NCBI GenBank assembly: GCA_964016885.1
Contig: OZ024744.1
Coordinates: 59,086,001-59,150,000 of the forward strand
Direction of reading: 5' to 3'
Length of the DNA: 64,000 nucleotides
Source: Eledone cirrhosa
Lineage: Eukaryota
Positions 1-13,725 of the stretch are shown one piece after another (the stretch's first letter is position 1; the number at the start of each line of letters is the position of its first letter). The notes beneath the pieces are model-generated. The model was not told where the DNA came from and searched no databases. It worked only from the letters and a program-made list of their open reading frames with translations. The translations under genes were made by a program, and so were the position numbers.

Positions 1-6
1 TTAGAT

Positions 7-692
7 CAGGGTAGCCATTTGTTTTTTTAAACCACTTTTGGCCTAATTCTAATAATAATAATTCACACAATTTATCACAAATAATTAAATAAACGTTATT
101 ATCGAATAAAGATACCTATTGTATAGTTGTTATACCACCAGACAACAAACTCAAATGAAAGGGGAGGAGGGAACGAAGTAATTTTTCCAAGGACAGCTTT
201 ACCTTGTGCCGGGGGGCACGGGTAAGGTCAGGAAAACGAAGACGACAATAATTCACGAGTGATTTTATTGAATGACAATATGGGTATAAAAGCGAGTCAT
301 GCGAACCGTAAGGTAGTATACCTTCCAGTCGCTGACGAAAATGCATACTTCCAGCCAACATTTGTGTTTGTTGACTGGAACAAAACCACATCATGAAATC
401 ACAGGAAATAATAATACAGGTGATATAATGCTTGGCGGAAAGCCCAGAAAAAGATGGACAAGAGGAAATAATAATAAATGGAAAATATAATAAGGTTACA
501 AAGGTATCTGTAAATATATACGTTATGAGCAGCGATTTATGATGGGCATCAGGTCGGCACAACCTTGAAGTGAACTACTGTATCTGTATTCGATACTAAT
601 TAGATAATTAGTGTCCAGTGTTAGATGGCGGACCGGACAAAAATCACTCGATGGTCGGATGTGGCCCGCGGGCCGGGGGTTGCCGACCCCTG
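7..692. mobile_element. Putative non-autonomous hAT (Charlie-like) element
   Basis: The right end reads GGCCCGCGGGCCGGGGGTTGCCGACCCCTG, whose reverse complement starts CAGGGGTCGGCAAC, a typical Charlie-type terminus. The left end CAGGGTAGCCA is only a weak match, and the TSD is cut off by the window edge. Confidence 0.45.
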
Positions 693-989
693 CTTTAAAG
701 CTATAGTATTAACAAAGGCAGAAAATATACTGTAAACAAAATCAAAATTGGAATACCAATCCTAGTTTATCACTTAGACTAACAATTCCTTAAGACAGGT
801 GTCTACAGGATGGGCGGGGTTCAATGGTTTAAAGAAAAGGGAAATTCTTTAGAAGCTAATTCTTTAAGGCTGGAATAAGAGGGACAAAGGCAGAAAGGGT
901 TCCATCAACAGATTCAAGTGTTGGGGTGATTCCCCTTATTGTGAAGTTTCTCTTAATATATATTCCAGGTATCGACAAGCACATTCACA

Positions 990-1365
990 CACTCGCCCAC
1001 TTACACACGCACGCACACACAGGCAGGCACACACACAACAAACATACAAAAGGGTACATACACATATACACATATACAAATATATACACATATATATATA
1101 CATACATACAAATATGTATACATACATACACACACATACACACGCACACACACACACACACATATATATATACACACATATACATATATATATACATATA
1201 TATACACACATATACATATATATACATATATATATACACACATATACATATATATATATATAAATATATACACACACTCACGCTCTAATGCATACACACA
1301 TTCAAACGTACACATATACATACATATATACACACGTACGCACATATATATACATACATATATAC

Positions 1366-1430
<65 letters not shown>

Positions 1431-1490
1431 AAAAAGAAATACACAGATACATGCGAATACATACATATACATGCATATATACACATATAT
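990..1490. repeat. Compound (CA)n/(TA)n/(CATA)n microsatellite
   Basis: Direct reading. Similar compound tracts occur at 2733-3296, 3600-3921, 4098-4393, 21740-23210 and 38780-39378. Confidence 0.95.
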
Positions 1491-1937
1491 CCCTGAATTT
1501 GTGTGGTGCCAACCTTACCCGTTGTAGCTCTATGATTAATAGGGACAAAATAATCCGAATGGATTAGATTGACTCTATATCAGAGCTATATAATACATTA
1601 TAAAGAAAAAAGAAACATTAGACATAAATAAAATATGTGTTTTGAAACTTTAAATGAGGTATTCTCTTGATAAGCTGGCAAACCTCACAAAAATACTGCA
1701 TCTCTATGATGTAGTGTTTTTGCAAAGTAGCCGCGAAACTGTACAGTCGAGAATGTAGAGAAATATTGGGTATTTATATTTTTTTGTCTAATGTTTCTTC
1801 TTTCTTTATAATATATATATAGATATATATATATACATATACATGCATACATATATATATATATATACACATATACATACACATACATACACACATACAC
1901 ACACATATATAAACACACACACACATATATATACAGA

Positions 1938-2698
1938 TATATATATATAAAATTAAGTATGTGTGTGTCTGTGTGTCTGTGTATTACGTATAGGGGCCTA
2001 CATCTTACGACCGATTTTCATGAAACTTTACAGGCTCATAGATTAGTCATCGGGGAGTGTTTTCTATATATCAGCGTATCGTTTTTTTTTTTATTCCGGG
2101 GTCATTCTGCAGATAAAAATCGATAGGGGGTCACCCTTTTTTAGGTATCGAAAAATAAGACTTTTGGCTCTAGCTCCCACATTTTGCCACCGATTTCGTT
2201 CAACTTTTAAAGCAAAATAGAATTTATCATTGCACATCCTGTAATGGCTTTACATTTTGGATTTTTTATTCAGGAACGGCGTGGCAGCCGCTTGAATATT
2301 CAAAAATACCACCTTTTCGTTCAAATTTCCTCCTTTTCGACTCTAGCTCCCATATTTTTCAACCGATTTCGTTCAAATTCGAAACTTCGGCTCCACCTCA
2401 CACATAAATCAATTTATTTGGTTCACCCTTTATACTACGATAGAACCTATCATTGCACATCTTATAGTAGCTTTATACTTTGCATTTTTTGTTCAGGGAC
2501 GGCGTGGCAGCTGTTTAACTCTTCAAAATACGATTTTTTTCCACCTCCCACATATTCCATACGATTTCACTCAACATTTCGCCATTTGCTACACCTTACG
2601 ACCGATTTTCAAGAAACTCGCAGTCGCTAAGATCAACATCTTACATCAAAGCAGATATTATTTTACCTAGCCAGGTAACGCTGGGTACTGCTGCTAGT
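1938..2698 (+). mobile_element. Non-autonomous Helitron-like element
   Basis: The 5' end is ATATATATATAAAA followed by a GTCT/GT microsatellite. An internal repeat CTCTAGCTCCCAyATTTT..ACCGATTTCGTTCAA occurs at about 2168 and 2341. The 3' end has a hairpin CCAG-GTAACG-CTGG (2671-2684) followed by CTAG|T (2694-2698). Confidence 0.65.
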
Positions 2699-2729
2699 AT
2701 TTATATGTTGTGAAGCTAAAAACCATATC

Positions 2730-2797
<68 letters not shown>

Positions 2798-2821
2798 GTA
2801 TATATATATATATACATATTT

Positions 2822-2902
<81 letters not shown>

Positions 2903-2999
2903 TATACATATATATATATATATACATATATATATACATATATATATATACATACATATATACACACATACACACACATATACACACATATATATATAC

Positions 3000-3103
<104 letters not shown>

Positions 3104-3227
3104 TACACATATAAACACATATATGCACATATATACACATACACCCATATACAAATAAAACAAAAACCACACACACATATATACATATAAAAATATAAAA
3201 ATGTATAAACACCTATATTCACACCTA

Positions 3228-3284
<57 letters not shown>

Positions 3285-3296
3285 ATATATATATAC

Positions 3297-3600
3297 GATA
3301 TTAAACAAATGGAAACTATATTTATAAAACCATATTTATTTCATTATACATATTTCAGGGATACCATATTAAAAATATGGCATGCCTTCTTCAGATAAAA
3401 TACAATATATAAGCAGTTTTATAAATAAATTTGACGTACCATAAATATTGATCAACTTTTATGTAAGAAGTTGGTTTACCCCCTCCACCTGCTTCCCACC
3501 CCACCCCTATCCCTTATCGACCCGAATCACAGCACTATGCTCATGTAAGTACTTCTTACCTATCTGCTCTTTCCGCATGTAGAGCGTACTTCATCTTAAT
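3297..3600 (-). mobile_element. PLE terminal (pLTR) fragment, family A, with a degenerate hammerhead
   Basis: The reverse complement contains TATTTTAT-CTGAAGA-AGG...CCT-GAAA-TATGTATA-ATGAAATA. The same family is at 4948-5098, 5490-5623 and 52917-53283. It abuts (TA)n. Confidence 0.6.
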
Positions 3601-3826
3601 ACTGTATATATATGTGTGTGTATTTGTGTATATTTATGAGTGTGTGTATATACGTATTTGTATCAGTGGCCGAACGATTATATGCGTATGTTTGTGTGTA
3701 CGTGCGTTTATATGTATTTACGTATATGTGTGTATGTGTGTATAAATATATGTATATATATATGTATGCTTGTGTGTATATATATATATATTTGTATGCA
3801 TGTATATGCGTATGTATGTATATATG

Positions 3827-3926
<100 letters not shown>

Positions 3927-4215
3927 AATATATCTACTAACATAAGCGCACAGATGTACGCCAATGACAGCAAATACACAGGTTATGTCATAGTACCTAG
4001 GTGGTTCGATGCAGGAGAATGCAGAACAATAATATAAAAGACGTAAAATAAGAAAATTTTTAAAAATTTTTTTAAAATTTTTCTTATTTTACGTCTTTTA
4101 TATATATATATATATATGTATGTATGTGTGTGTATGTATGTATATATATATATAGGTGTGTATGTAGGTGTTTATATATTTTTATATTTTTATATGTATA
4201 TATATATGTGTGTAA

Positions 4216-4287
<72 letters not shown>

Positions 4288-4289
4288 TG

Positions 4290-4328
<39 letters not shown>

Positions 4329-4396
4329 ATGTGATTTTATTTATATACGGGTGTATGTATGTATACGTGTGTATATATGTGTATATATATATATCC

Positions 4397-4858
4397 TGCA
4401 TCGATCTGGGTAGGGAACTAAGGTAGCGAAATCTGTCCACGCCTTGAACTTTGGTGACACCTAGAATTCAAATTCTAGGTCACCATCAGTTTCGGTGTAG
4501 ACAGGTTCATGTGTGGGCGATCCCTCAAGGTGGGAGACAGAAAGCGACAGGTATATAAAGCCTATATTTTCCCACGTTTTACACAGAGAGATCGGGGACG
4601 TACTCTATATTACAAGCTATGTAAAGATTCACCGCCTACTACAGGCTGCAGAGGTCTAAGGACCATTACTCTCTCTCTCTCTCCTGGTCTCAGACTACAC
4701 CAGCCTCATGAACCAACAACAGAATAACATTGTCAACCTTCGCTACTCGTGGTAACATGTTTATTGTTCTTTTTAACACAAGTGAAGTAAACCTTTATAT
4801 ATAAAGTAAATCAGCCATTCTTGTTATTTTATCCAACAACCATAACTAATACCCTTCG

Positions 4859-4863
<5 letters not shown>
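4397..4863. mobile_element. Unclassified ~470 bp insertion, possibly a solo LTR
   Basis: Complex sequence between microsatellites. It ends ...CGTTACA, contains TATATAAA, and has a strong hairpin at 4452-4485. No second copy is visible in the window. Confidence 0.3.
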
Positions 4864-4947
<84 letters not shown>

Positions 4948-4949
<2 letters not shown>

Positions 4950-5116
4950 AAGTTATATTTAAAATTGTTGGGTTACAACTAGTAAATATTTATAACTGAT
5001 ATAAAAGCACTCGACAAATACTTGGAGTATATTTACAATATTAAATAAATGGAAAACTATATTTATAAAACCATATTTATTTCATTATATATATTTCTTT
5101 TTTTTAATACTTGAGC

Positions 5117-5151
<35 letters not shown>

Positions 5152-5618
5152 ATGCATCATTGATACACTTACTCAAAATGACCTCCCACTACCTAATTTT
5201 TCTATATCTATATTTATATATGTATCTATCTCTATTTCCTCTCTCTATATATATATATATATCTCTTTCGGTCTCTTTACATGAAGCTCTTCGCTTTATC
5301 TATTTTTCCATCTCTCTATTTTGTCCCATGCATTTCTTCTTTTTCTTCTTTTTCTTCCTTTTCTTCGTTTCGTCTTTCTTTCTTTCTTATTTCCCTCTTT
5401 TCTCTCTCTCTTTCTTTCTCTCTGTATTTTCACTGCTAGAGTGAACCTCTTCAAATGAAGTTGATGTTTATTACGGTATGTCGAATATATTTATCTATAA
5501 AACTGTTTATATTGTATTTTGTCTGATGAAGGCATAGCATATTGTTAATATGATATCCCCGAAATATATATAATGAAATAAATATGGTTTTATAAATATA
5601 GTTTTCCATTTATTTAAT

Positions 5619-5623
<5 letters not shown>
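4948..5623. mobile_element. Inverted pair of PLE family A ends
   Basis: About 5036-5097 is the reverse complement of about 5561-5623. (TA)n flanks both sides and an HHR lies in the right arm. Confidence 0.6.
5515..5580 (+). ncRNA. Minimal type I hammerhead ribozyme motif
   Basis: TATTTTGT-CTGATGA(5523)-stem II-GAAA(5561)-TATATATA-ATGAAATA. The stem I arms pair; the base of stem II is imperfect. Confidence 0.55.
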
Positions 5624-5664
<41 letters not shown>

Positions 5665-6049
5665 ATCCTCCGTTCGATCATGAATACCACGAGCTTGCCA
5701 GTCACGTAAGTCTGATATTTGATTTCGGATTCAGAGAAACACTTTAAACGATTGATCGTTTGATTTGTCCAGGTGTATTTTTCTCAACCTGATTAGTTCT
5801 ATCGTTGCTTTGGTATATTATTGTGTGTTAGATTCGCCTACCACAATGTTCGATTTGTCAAGCTATCTAAACGTATGTTATTACTCTAAGGCCCTATCTT
5901 ATCGAGTGCTTTGCTAACTCATCATTTCATATAAGTAGGCCGAATTTACTTGCAAACCGCCAGAGATTCGATTTTACTAATTTCTAATTATATATATATA
6001 TATATATATATATACAACAGATTAACAATGTATGCCCTTATTGGGACAA

Positions 6050-6142
6050 ACGACAACTCCTGATGAGACAGCCAGTTAACCGCCAATGCCTTCGGCAATC
6101 AGTCTGGAACTAGTTGTTGAAACGGTAAGAGCTCAGCCGTCG
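6050..6142 (+). ncRNA. Degenerate type I hammerhead ribozyme in a short PLE end (6015-6165)
   Basis: CTGATGA(6060)-GACAGC...GTTGTT-GAAAC-GGTA-AGAGCTCAGCCGTCG. The fragment is flanked by (TA)n. Confidence 0.5.
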
Positions 6143-6537
6143 ATGTCCCGACTACTCTTTATAATATACATATATATATATAATTATGTAATATATTCAT
6201 GTATATATATATATATATATATATATGCCATCATATGTAAACGTGTTGTACGTTGTGGTGAATATGTTGTGAATGATGAGAGTAAGAATGGTAATGTGTT
6301 TGTGTGAGTGTGTGTTAGTAGGTGTCCGTCCTTTCTAGAACAGGAAAGAAACGTAGTTGATGTGTGTGGTGGGCAGTAGGAGGATGCTCGACAAAGCAGT
6401 GTAAACAGGAAGATATATTAGAGGGAAAAAAATTTAATGTCACTGGCAGGTATTTATAGACGTGCCAATTCGTCTGTCTCAACAACTAACTATTGCTGGA
6501 GGTGGGGTAATTTAAACGGGGTGGGGGTGGAAGGATT

Positions 6538-6645
<108 letters not shown>

Positions 6646-7196
6646 CATGGGTTTGCGTGTGGGGGATTTGAAGTGGGTAGACATTTGCATTTTGTCATCT
6701 ATGTACACCTATATATAAACATAAATGCAGAATAGTAAATGCTACACGTATTTGTGTTGTTTTATGCAATTCTATATGCGCACGCATACACACATTTAAC
6801 GTCTGTTTTTTTTACTGCTAGCATGTGTATGTATGTATACTCATTACTAATAGCATAGAAATTCGGGTAAATTCCCCTGAAAATGGAAAAGAGTGGTCAG
6901 TTGCAGCCAACGAACTCAAAGCCATCTAGATATGGCACCGAGCGGCTTTGAGAGAAGAAGAAGGCGATGTTAAGAGGAAGTGAGAGAGAAAAGCAGACAT
7001 ATATGGAAAATGCACCGTTTCCTCATCAACTTCCAGTTATCCAAACTGTTGGACCCGTAAATCCTGCTGGAGTTGTAAGGGCGCCATAGAGGCAACGTTT
7101 CCTAGGCATTTTTAACCTGGCCCATCCCTTACACTCTCCAGATCTGAACACAGCGAATTTCTTCCAGAGAGAAAGAAAGAAAGAGAGAGAGGGGGG

Positions 7197-7333
7197 GGGG
7201 CTGTCTTAACAGCATTATAGGCCCCCGGGAAAAGCAGAGCACTGGGGCCCCTACCTACACAACCACTCACAGGAATAAAAATACAAATGGGCCCTCTATC
7301 CTCGTGGGCCCCCCGGGCAACTGCCCATCGTGC
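7197..7333. mobile_element. MITE with TIR GGGCTGTCTTAAC
   Basis: The left GGGCTGTCTTAAC and right GTTAAGACAGCCCTG are inverted. Internal GGGCCCC motifs are typical of hAT-type MITEs. Confidence 0.65.
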
Positions 7334-7374
7334 CCATGCGTTAAGACAGCCCTGAGAGGGGGTGTAGTGAGAAA

Positions 7375-7480
7375 GAAATATAGAATAAGAATCGACCCAT
7401 GTATAGAACTGATACTTTTTTTTATCGACCTCGAAAGAATGAAAGACAAAGTTAACCTTGGCGGGTTTTGAACTCATACG
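7375..7480 (-). mobile_element. Octopus-type tRNA-derived SINE fragment
   Basis: Carries the core TTTATCGACC.CGAAAG.ATGAAAG.CAAAGTTAACCT.GGCGGG.TTTGAACTCA shared with 10075, 13325, 45555 and 56360. Confidence 0.75.
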
Positions 7481-7789
7481 CATACACACCACACCAGACC
7501 ACACCACACTTACAATACAGGAATACAGGTTGAGCCATAATTAGCTTACTTGTTATAAAAAGACAACAACATAGTAATTACTTGTACATCATGCCCTAAC
7601 TAGTCAGGCAGCATTTTGATAATTTAATAAAACTATACAAATTTGTATATGAATTACTTATATATTACTTTTGAAATAAAGTTTAGTATCACTCAGGTTG
7701 TTTTCTTTTTTATTTCACATTTCTGAAAAGTATGTTAGTAAAGTAATTATGACCAACTTTTTATATACCTTTATTATCACTATTTTAAG

Positions 7790-7995
7790 AGTGGTGGATT
7801 TGGCACAACCATTAGAGAGCTCGTCACAATAGTATGTGGCATTTCTTCAGGTTCTTTGAATTATCATTTCAAATTTTGTCGAGATAAACTTCGCCTTTTA
7901 TCCTTTCGAGGTCGTTCAAATCAAGTCATAGTAAAGTATTTGGATCAGTTTAATCCGTGTCCCTCTTCTCCATCCCAAATCCTGTGCCTAAATTA
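7790..7995 (+). mobile_element. Diverged octopus-type SINE
   Basis: Degenerate match to the same SINE (TTCAAAT..GTCGAG..AACTTCGCCTTTTATCCTTTCGAGGTCG...TGTGCCTAAA). Confidence 0.6.
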
Positions 7996-8627
7996 CTATT
8001 TTAAACACTCAAATGTTATAAAACATGCTCCTTATCCCTTTCGTTACTATATTTTAAATAAAATTTACTGAATTTTAAATGAGTTTTTTAAATAATCAAA
8101 ATATTTGAAGGATCTAGTAAAATAACTAACTTTCTCAATAAGCTGGTGTTTGGAACACAAATTAAAAGAGGTTCTTTAAAAAATTTACAATGGAAGGTTT
8201 AGATTTAAACATGAATAATTTAAAACAGATAGTTTTTCTTAGGAATAGGCTAAGTAGCCGGTCCCGGCATATAGGCAAACATATTTTTAAAGCTTATTTT
8301 AGCGGTAAACCATAAAGGGACGCAACTCTAGCTGGGGGTCCTGGGAGCTAAATAATAAATAGTGTTTTAGAACCCAAGTAGTGACTACTATCTTTAACCC
8401 AGGTCGTGACTTTCTGCTAAATTCTTAATTTCGAAAATATTTGACTCTGCTAAAATTCTTAAGCCATGGACCTCAGTAGATGTGTGTGTATGTAACAAAA
8501 GCGTAACGTACGTTACAAATGGATGAAACACATGCAGAATTATAAGATGATAACTAAATGATTTTAAATTGTTTTAATAAAAATTGATGGTGGAAAAGAT
8601 TTCAAATTGTCTTAACAATTGTCTTAA

Positions 8628-8777
8628 CCCATTAGCATTTAAACCAGCTGAAACCGGCCGCTCATACTGACGTTCTCAAAAGAAATAATATTAAAATCTC
8701 ATAGATTCGATATTATGTGAGGTAAAGCCTTTACCATAAAAATATAGTAAATATAGACTAATGTAAATGCTAAAGGG
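8628..8777. mobile_element. piggyBac-type MITE
   Basis: TTAA|CCCATTAGCATTT ... AAATGCTAAAGGG|TTAA, giving TIRs and a TTAA TSD. A partial second copy of the right end lies at about 9135-9198. Confidence 0.75.
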
Positions 8778-8801
8778 TTAAACGTTTAATCTGTGCTGAT
8801 G

Positions 8802-8928
<127 letters not shown>

Positions 8929-10074
8929 ATCCAAACAGCAGGGTTTATAAATGCGAAGGAAAAGTGTTCAATACCAAAGAGAATATGATATATTATATTA
9001 CTAAGATTATTCTTTGTTGCTACTCTGAGTTTTGCAGATTTCTACTGATCAGCAGGAAACTGCAACACCTAGAATAGTAACAGAGAGTAATCTAAGTGTG
9101 TGTGTATGTGTGTGTGTATTAACTTGAGGTGTAAGATAAAGCCTTTACCTCAAAAATATAATAGTAAATATAGAGTAATGTAAATGCTAGAGGGTTAACT
9201 CGGGCAGCAACTCATGCTGTCTGACACGCTTACCGGCTAAATAGCCTGGAGTTTAATTTACCGGGACTAGCTACATAGCTTATACCTTTTTCTTAATAGA
9301 ATCAGAGGCAATTTCACATAGATTGAAAGTAAAAGTATTAAAATTAGTTTAATCATTTTAGGTATCTACCTAACATCAAAATAGTAACCATTTACTGAAT
9401 TATACATTGAAGCCCATGTATTTAAAGGAAAAAAACTGATGTCCAGATCGGTCAAAGGAAAATTATTGCTAATACTATTTGTTAGTCACAGCTCTTGGCA
9501 GAAACGTCACCGCTTTTCGGTGACAGAAAGCCAGATTTGAACTCTAAACGCACAGAGTAGGAACAGATACCACATATCACTGATATCTCTAGAATGTTCC
9601 TGTTTACTTAATTCATCGTGTTCGTTTCAACTATTATTTTTGAAGCCTATATAAATACTACAGTACATTGTTGTGTTTTGATATCTTGTCTTATCTCTGA
9701 TATGTTTTACCGACATGCTAAATTAATACTCCAAGTGCACAACACAACCTCACTTCACTAGTAGTCCCGACATTTGAACAAGTTTCAGGAATAAGGAGTG
9801 TCTATGAGATATAAAGTAAGGTTTAGAAGGTCAGAGTGATGTCATTATGCCATGTACGCCTTCAACGTTTGGACTTATATAATATTTTTATTAAGAATTG
9901 ACTCTGGGCGATTATATAAAATGTACAATGAAATTGTTGGTCTTTCTGCAAAACAAAAGTTACAGATCTGTATGAATTGGTATCGCACGGTTCAGGAATC
10001 GAACGCACGACCTTATGATCGGGCGACCCACATCCTAACTAATGGATCATACGCTATTACAGTCCATGTGTGCT

Positions 10075-10240
10075 GGAGTGACTTACGTTCTGATTTTAAA
10101 TCCCGCCGAGGTTAGCTTTGCCTTTCATCTCTATGGGGTCGATAAAATAAAGTACCAGTAATGAACTGGGGTCGATTTAATCGACTTCCCCCTACCCTTC
10201 AAATTACTGGCCTTGTGCCTAAACTAGAAACAATTATTAA
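10075..10240 (+). mobile_element. Octopus-type SINE
   Basis: TAAATCCCGCCGAGGTTAGCTTTGCCTTTCATC...GGGGTCGATAAAATAAAGTACCAG...GGCCTTGTGCCTAAA. A separate tRNA-like head fragment lies on the minus strand at about 9985-10053. Confidence 0.8.
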
Positions 10241-10727
10241 TGAATTGGTTTCTGATGCGGATATGTGTATTCTGAGTGCAAAATCCGTCTCCTTCTGCTA
10301 AAAGTTACGACCGTTAGACATCATCAGCAATGGAAACATTGTTTCCTCGTTAGATCTAATGACTGGTACCTTTCTTTTTTCTTTCTTTTTTTCTTTTTTT
10401 CTTTTTTCTTTTTTTAAAGAAGTTTACTCCAAAATTAGACAGTCATAAGTCAACATTTTAACAAAATTTCTTTAAAAGGATATTGTGTGTGTGGATGGGG
10501 TTATTTAGAAAGGATGTTGATGTAGTTTGTCGTTTGGCTGGTTCTGTAAGGGTGATATGTACTGTGTTGTTGAAAGTTTAGAGCGATGTCTAAGTAGTTT
10601 ACGATGTCAAGGTTAGTATGAAGTTACATAAATACCTACATACACGCATACAAATACGTACATCCATACATACATACGTGCATGTATGGATATGTGTGTT
10701 TGTGTGTGTTCATGTGTGCACGTTTGC

Positions 10728-10794
<67 letters not shown>

Positions 10795-10797
<3 letters not shown>

Positions 10798-11170
10798 ATG
10801 TGGTTGACGGCTGAGAGAAAAGAATACTCAATACCGAAGTAGAGTTTTGATATCAATTTTATTAAGGCTAAATAGTGAGTCTTATTACTCTGGTGTTTCG
10901 CCGCCAGTTTATCACAGAGTCATCAGGAAAACCCCCAGAGTAACAACACATAGTTTAGCCTTAATAAAATGTATGAATGCATAGTCGGGTCGCCAGCGAC
11001 TAAACTGGCAACCCCACCAAATTTTGCTTGGTGAGAAGGGTGATTTTGGACATGCTGCGGGATGGGTTCCGGCCAACATGGTATAACAAGCCACATCGGA
11101 CACCGGAATAGTTCCTTTATTTTCTTCGGAAGAAGAGATATTAATCTCGAAATATCAGGACATATGAGTA
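10795..11170 (-). mobile_element. PLE end with a hammerhead core enclosed in a fold-back
   Basis: The reverse complement has CTGATGA-CTCTG...GCGGC-GAAAC. The arms at about 10856-10899 and 10927-10970 are imperfect inverted repeats. It abuts (TA)n. Confidence 0.5.
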
Positions 11171-11289
11171 AATTAAGGTAAAAAAAACAACAACCCTTTT
11201 TCTTATGATTTAATTATTTTCCGTCCAAACCCGCATTGTCGTGGCATTTAAACTTCGAATTCTTTATACATATAAATATATATATAAAT

Positions 11290-11600
11290 ATAAGGTCACA
11301 ACCCCTAACTCGGAGCACCACTACATAGGATCCACGGCGACGAGCTTCAAAGATAGGTGATATAACCATCGCCATTCCTTTAACAGAATAGAAAGGAGGA
11401 AATGTACGGCCCTTTCTGAATTGATCTGGAAGCTCAAACTTGAAAAGACCCCGCACTCTCTGGTCTGGTCCGTGGTTAGAAAGGTTCCCCCAGACAGAAG
11501 TGGGTCTGGTATTTGCAACTCGAGATACTTCATGGCAGAACCAAGCTGTTAAACAGAAAGGCCGTCTTATTCGGCGCCTGCAGACACCTAAGGACGGGAA
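11290..11600 (+). pseudogene. Naiad-type PLE GIY-YIG endonuclease C-terminal fragment
   Basis: Manual translation gives YKVTTPNSEHHYIGSTATSFKDR*YNHRHSF...TALSELIWKLK...WSVV, then in another frame LLNRKAVLFGACRH. This is homologous to the C-terminus of the 41016 ORF. Confidence 0.75.
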
Positions 11601-12347
11601 CTTTCCTCAAGCTATATGGATAAACCCCGGTTATGGCCTCCCACAACCCCCCCCCCCCCATGTAGGTCCCCTACACCCCGTAACAATGACCAATGGGAAA
11701 CAACACCCACCCATAGTTTGTAGTCCCTACGGTGGATTGTCCACCGGATCCTCTACTGGTTAGGAGTCAGCAAAACCACGTTTACTGAACCTGAGGACCC
11801 CCCGGGAGTGGCCCACACAGGAAGAACAATTATCCTAAGGTACTAACCCTATACGCATGCATGAATGCGTGCCCGCAACCGTGCGTTGTGTGTCTATACT
11901 GGGGTTACCTGAATGTACACACTTATGTGAACGCAACGAAATAATAATACCCCAGGTTGCATTTGAAAAATGTTCGAGTGTATGCTTAAGAGTATATTTG
12001 TATATGCTCTCTTGTATGAATGCACATGTGTATATAGACATACACACGCATCCAGAGGTATACAAGTGCGGGTGCTTGTACCTATATATGTCTGTACTAA
12101 GGGATTCGCCTAAGCTCCAAAGCCCCCAAGCTATTGCTGTGAAGATATATATCACACTCTACTTTTGTCTAGTCTAAACAATAACTCTTCCAAACACCCA
12201 CTTTACTTTTCTTTAAAAATAACACCCACCTCGTTTTATGTCTGCCTTATGCTTGGATTCGGGGGCCTCTGTTGTATATATGTATGCACTTGTGCGTACA
12301 TACATATATATACACACCTGTATGGATTTGTGTGTGTAGATGTGTGT

Positions 12348-12623
12348 GTGTGTCTGTGGGGGTAGGTGTGAGTGTATGTACAAGTCAACCAACATAAGTC
12401 TTTTTATAATGTAAACTTTCTAAGTATTTGACTCTAACCATAATTTTCAGTATTACCACCCCACATAAATTCCTCAATTTGTATGTGTGGATGTGTGTCT
12501 GTGGGTGTGGGTGTGAGTGTATGTGCAGGTCAACCAACATAAGTCTTGTTATATGTAAATTTTCTAGTATTCTACTCTAACTATAATTTTCAATAGTACC
12601 ACCTCACATAAATTCCTCAATTT
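12348..12623. repeat. Tandem duplication (~130-145 bp x2) in a PLE-like UTR
   Basis: GTGTGTCTGTGGG..GTGTGAGTGTATGT.CA.GTCAACCAACATAAGTCTT...CACATAAATTCCTCAATTT occurs twice. Confidence 0.8.
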
Positions 12624-12922
12624 AAGAATGACCTGTAGTATCGAATTTCATACTCTGAACCTCAAATGAATATATGTCTGACCAGGAATGCTTTTTGTGA
12701 AAATCAGTCATATTGTCATCTTGCCTGACGGTTTGAACTTTACAACACCACCTGCCTCTTTGAGATCAAATACCAACCCTACTAGCATCTACAAACTGAC
12801 CAATGAGAATTAAGATTATTCCTGCTGACAACATTAAATTATCCCTAACAACCTCATATGTCCCAAGGTTCTGATACCATCAACACCATAAACACAGAGC
12901 TGGCATATCTAAGAACTGACTA

Positions 12923-12978
12923 ACTGCCTGATGAGGTCATAGCCTTTCAATGGCTATCATCGAAATATATATAGTAGT
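12923..12978 (+). ncRNA. Minimal type I hammerhead ribozyme (PLE family B end, ~12853-13023)
   Basis: ACTGC-CTGATGA-GGTCATAGCC..GGCTATCATC-GAAA-TATATATA-GTAGT, with stems I and II pairing. A near-identical inverted copy is at 21943-22110. Confidence 0.75.
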
Positions 12979-13019
12979 AAATAAAGGATTATGAGTTCAT
13001 GCAATTGACTTATGTTTCG

Positions 13020-13056
<37 letters not shown>

Positions 13057-13133
13057 CGAAAACCAACCAAACAGTGAGTGTGTTCTGTTATTAATTCTGG
13101 CAATATTACACAAATATGACCCTCCCCAAGTAT

Positions 13134-13182
<49 letters not shown>

Positions 13183-13324
13183 CAATAGTCCCATCTCATT
13201 AGTCAACTGCTAGAGATACGTTGTTTCTGTGCTTTAAGGTCGATATAACTGGCAGTACACAAGGGACAGTAACTAATGGGCAAAGGACAATATGATAGTC
13301 TTAATATGATATAACAACTATTTA

Positions 13325-13515
13325 CAAATAATTTTTTCTACTTTTGGCACAAGACCAGAAATTACTCCAGTACTTTACTGGTGTTTTATTTTATCGACCC
13401 CGTAAGGATGAAAGGCAAAGTTAACCTCGGTGGGATTTGAACTTCGATCATAAAGGGCCGTAACTCTGTGCTGCAAAGCATGGCGCCCCACCCTCTACCG
13501 CTACTGCCAATCTAT
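13325..13515 (-). mobile_element. Octopus-type SINE
   Basis: TTTTATCGACCCCGTAAGGATGAAAGGCAAAGTTAACCTCGGTGGGATTTGAAC core plus a degenerate head. Confidence 0.8.
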
Positions 13516-13666
13516 GCACAAAGGACTATAATAAATGTATAAGAATAGCCTTAACGACTATTTACAAATAAAAGAAATTTTGCCACTAACCCAATGATCT
13601 GCAACTGGGAAGATATTGACGAGGCCCAACATATCGATTAGCCAAGAAGGAGAAGAGATAGAGAAT

Positions 13667-13725
<59 letters not shown>
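13667..13725. repeat. (GATA)n array, 3' flank of the Tx1 element
   Basis: Pure ATAG repeats directly abutting the element's 3' end. Confidence 0.95.

Noticed and set aside
9985-10053. tRNA-like sequence (also about 53745-53790)
   Set aside because: These are degenerate SINE heads, and I could not fold a complete cloverleaf.
10895-10926. ATGA...AAA...GA on the minus strand as a SECIS element
   Set aside because: The helix between the motifs is too short for a SECIS, and the sequence fits a hammerhead core better.
11357-11359. In-frame TGA in the Naiad GIY-YIG fragment
   Set aside because: The position corresponds to a hydrophobic residue (KLRFANH, KSRMYNH in the other copies), so it is probably TGG to TGA decay.
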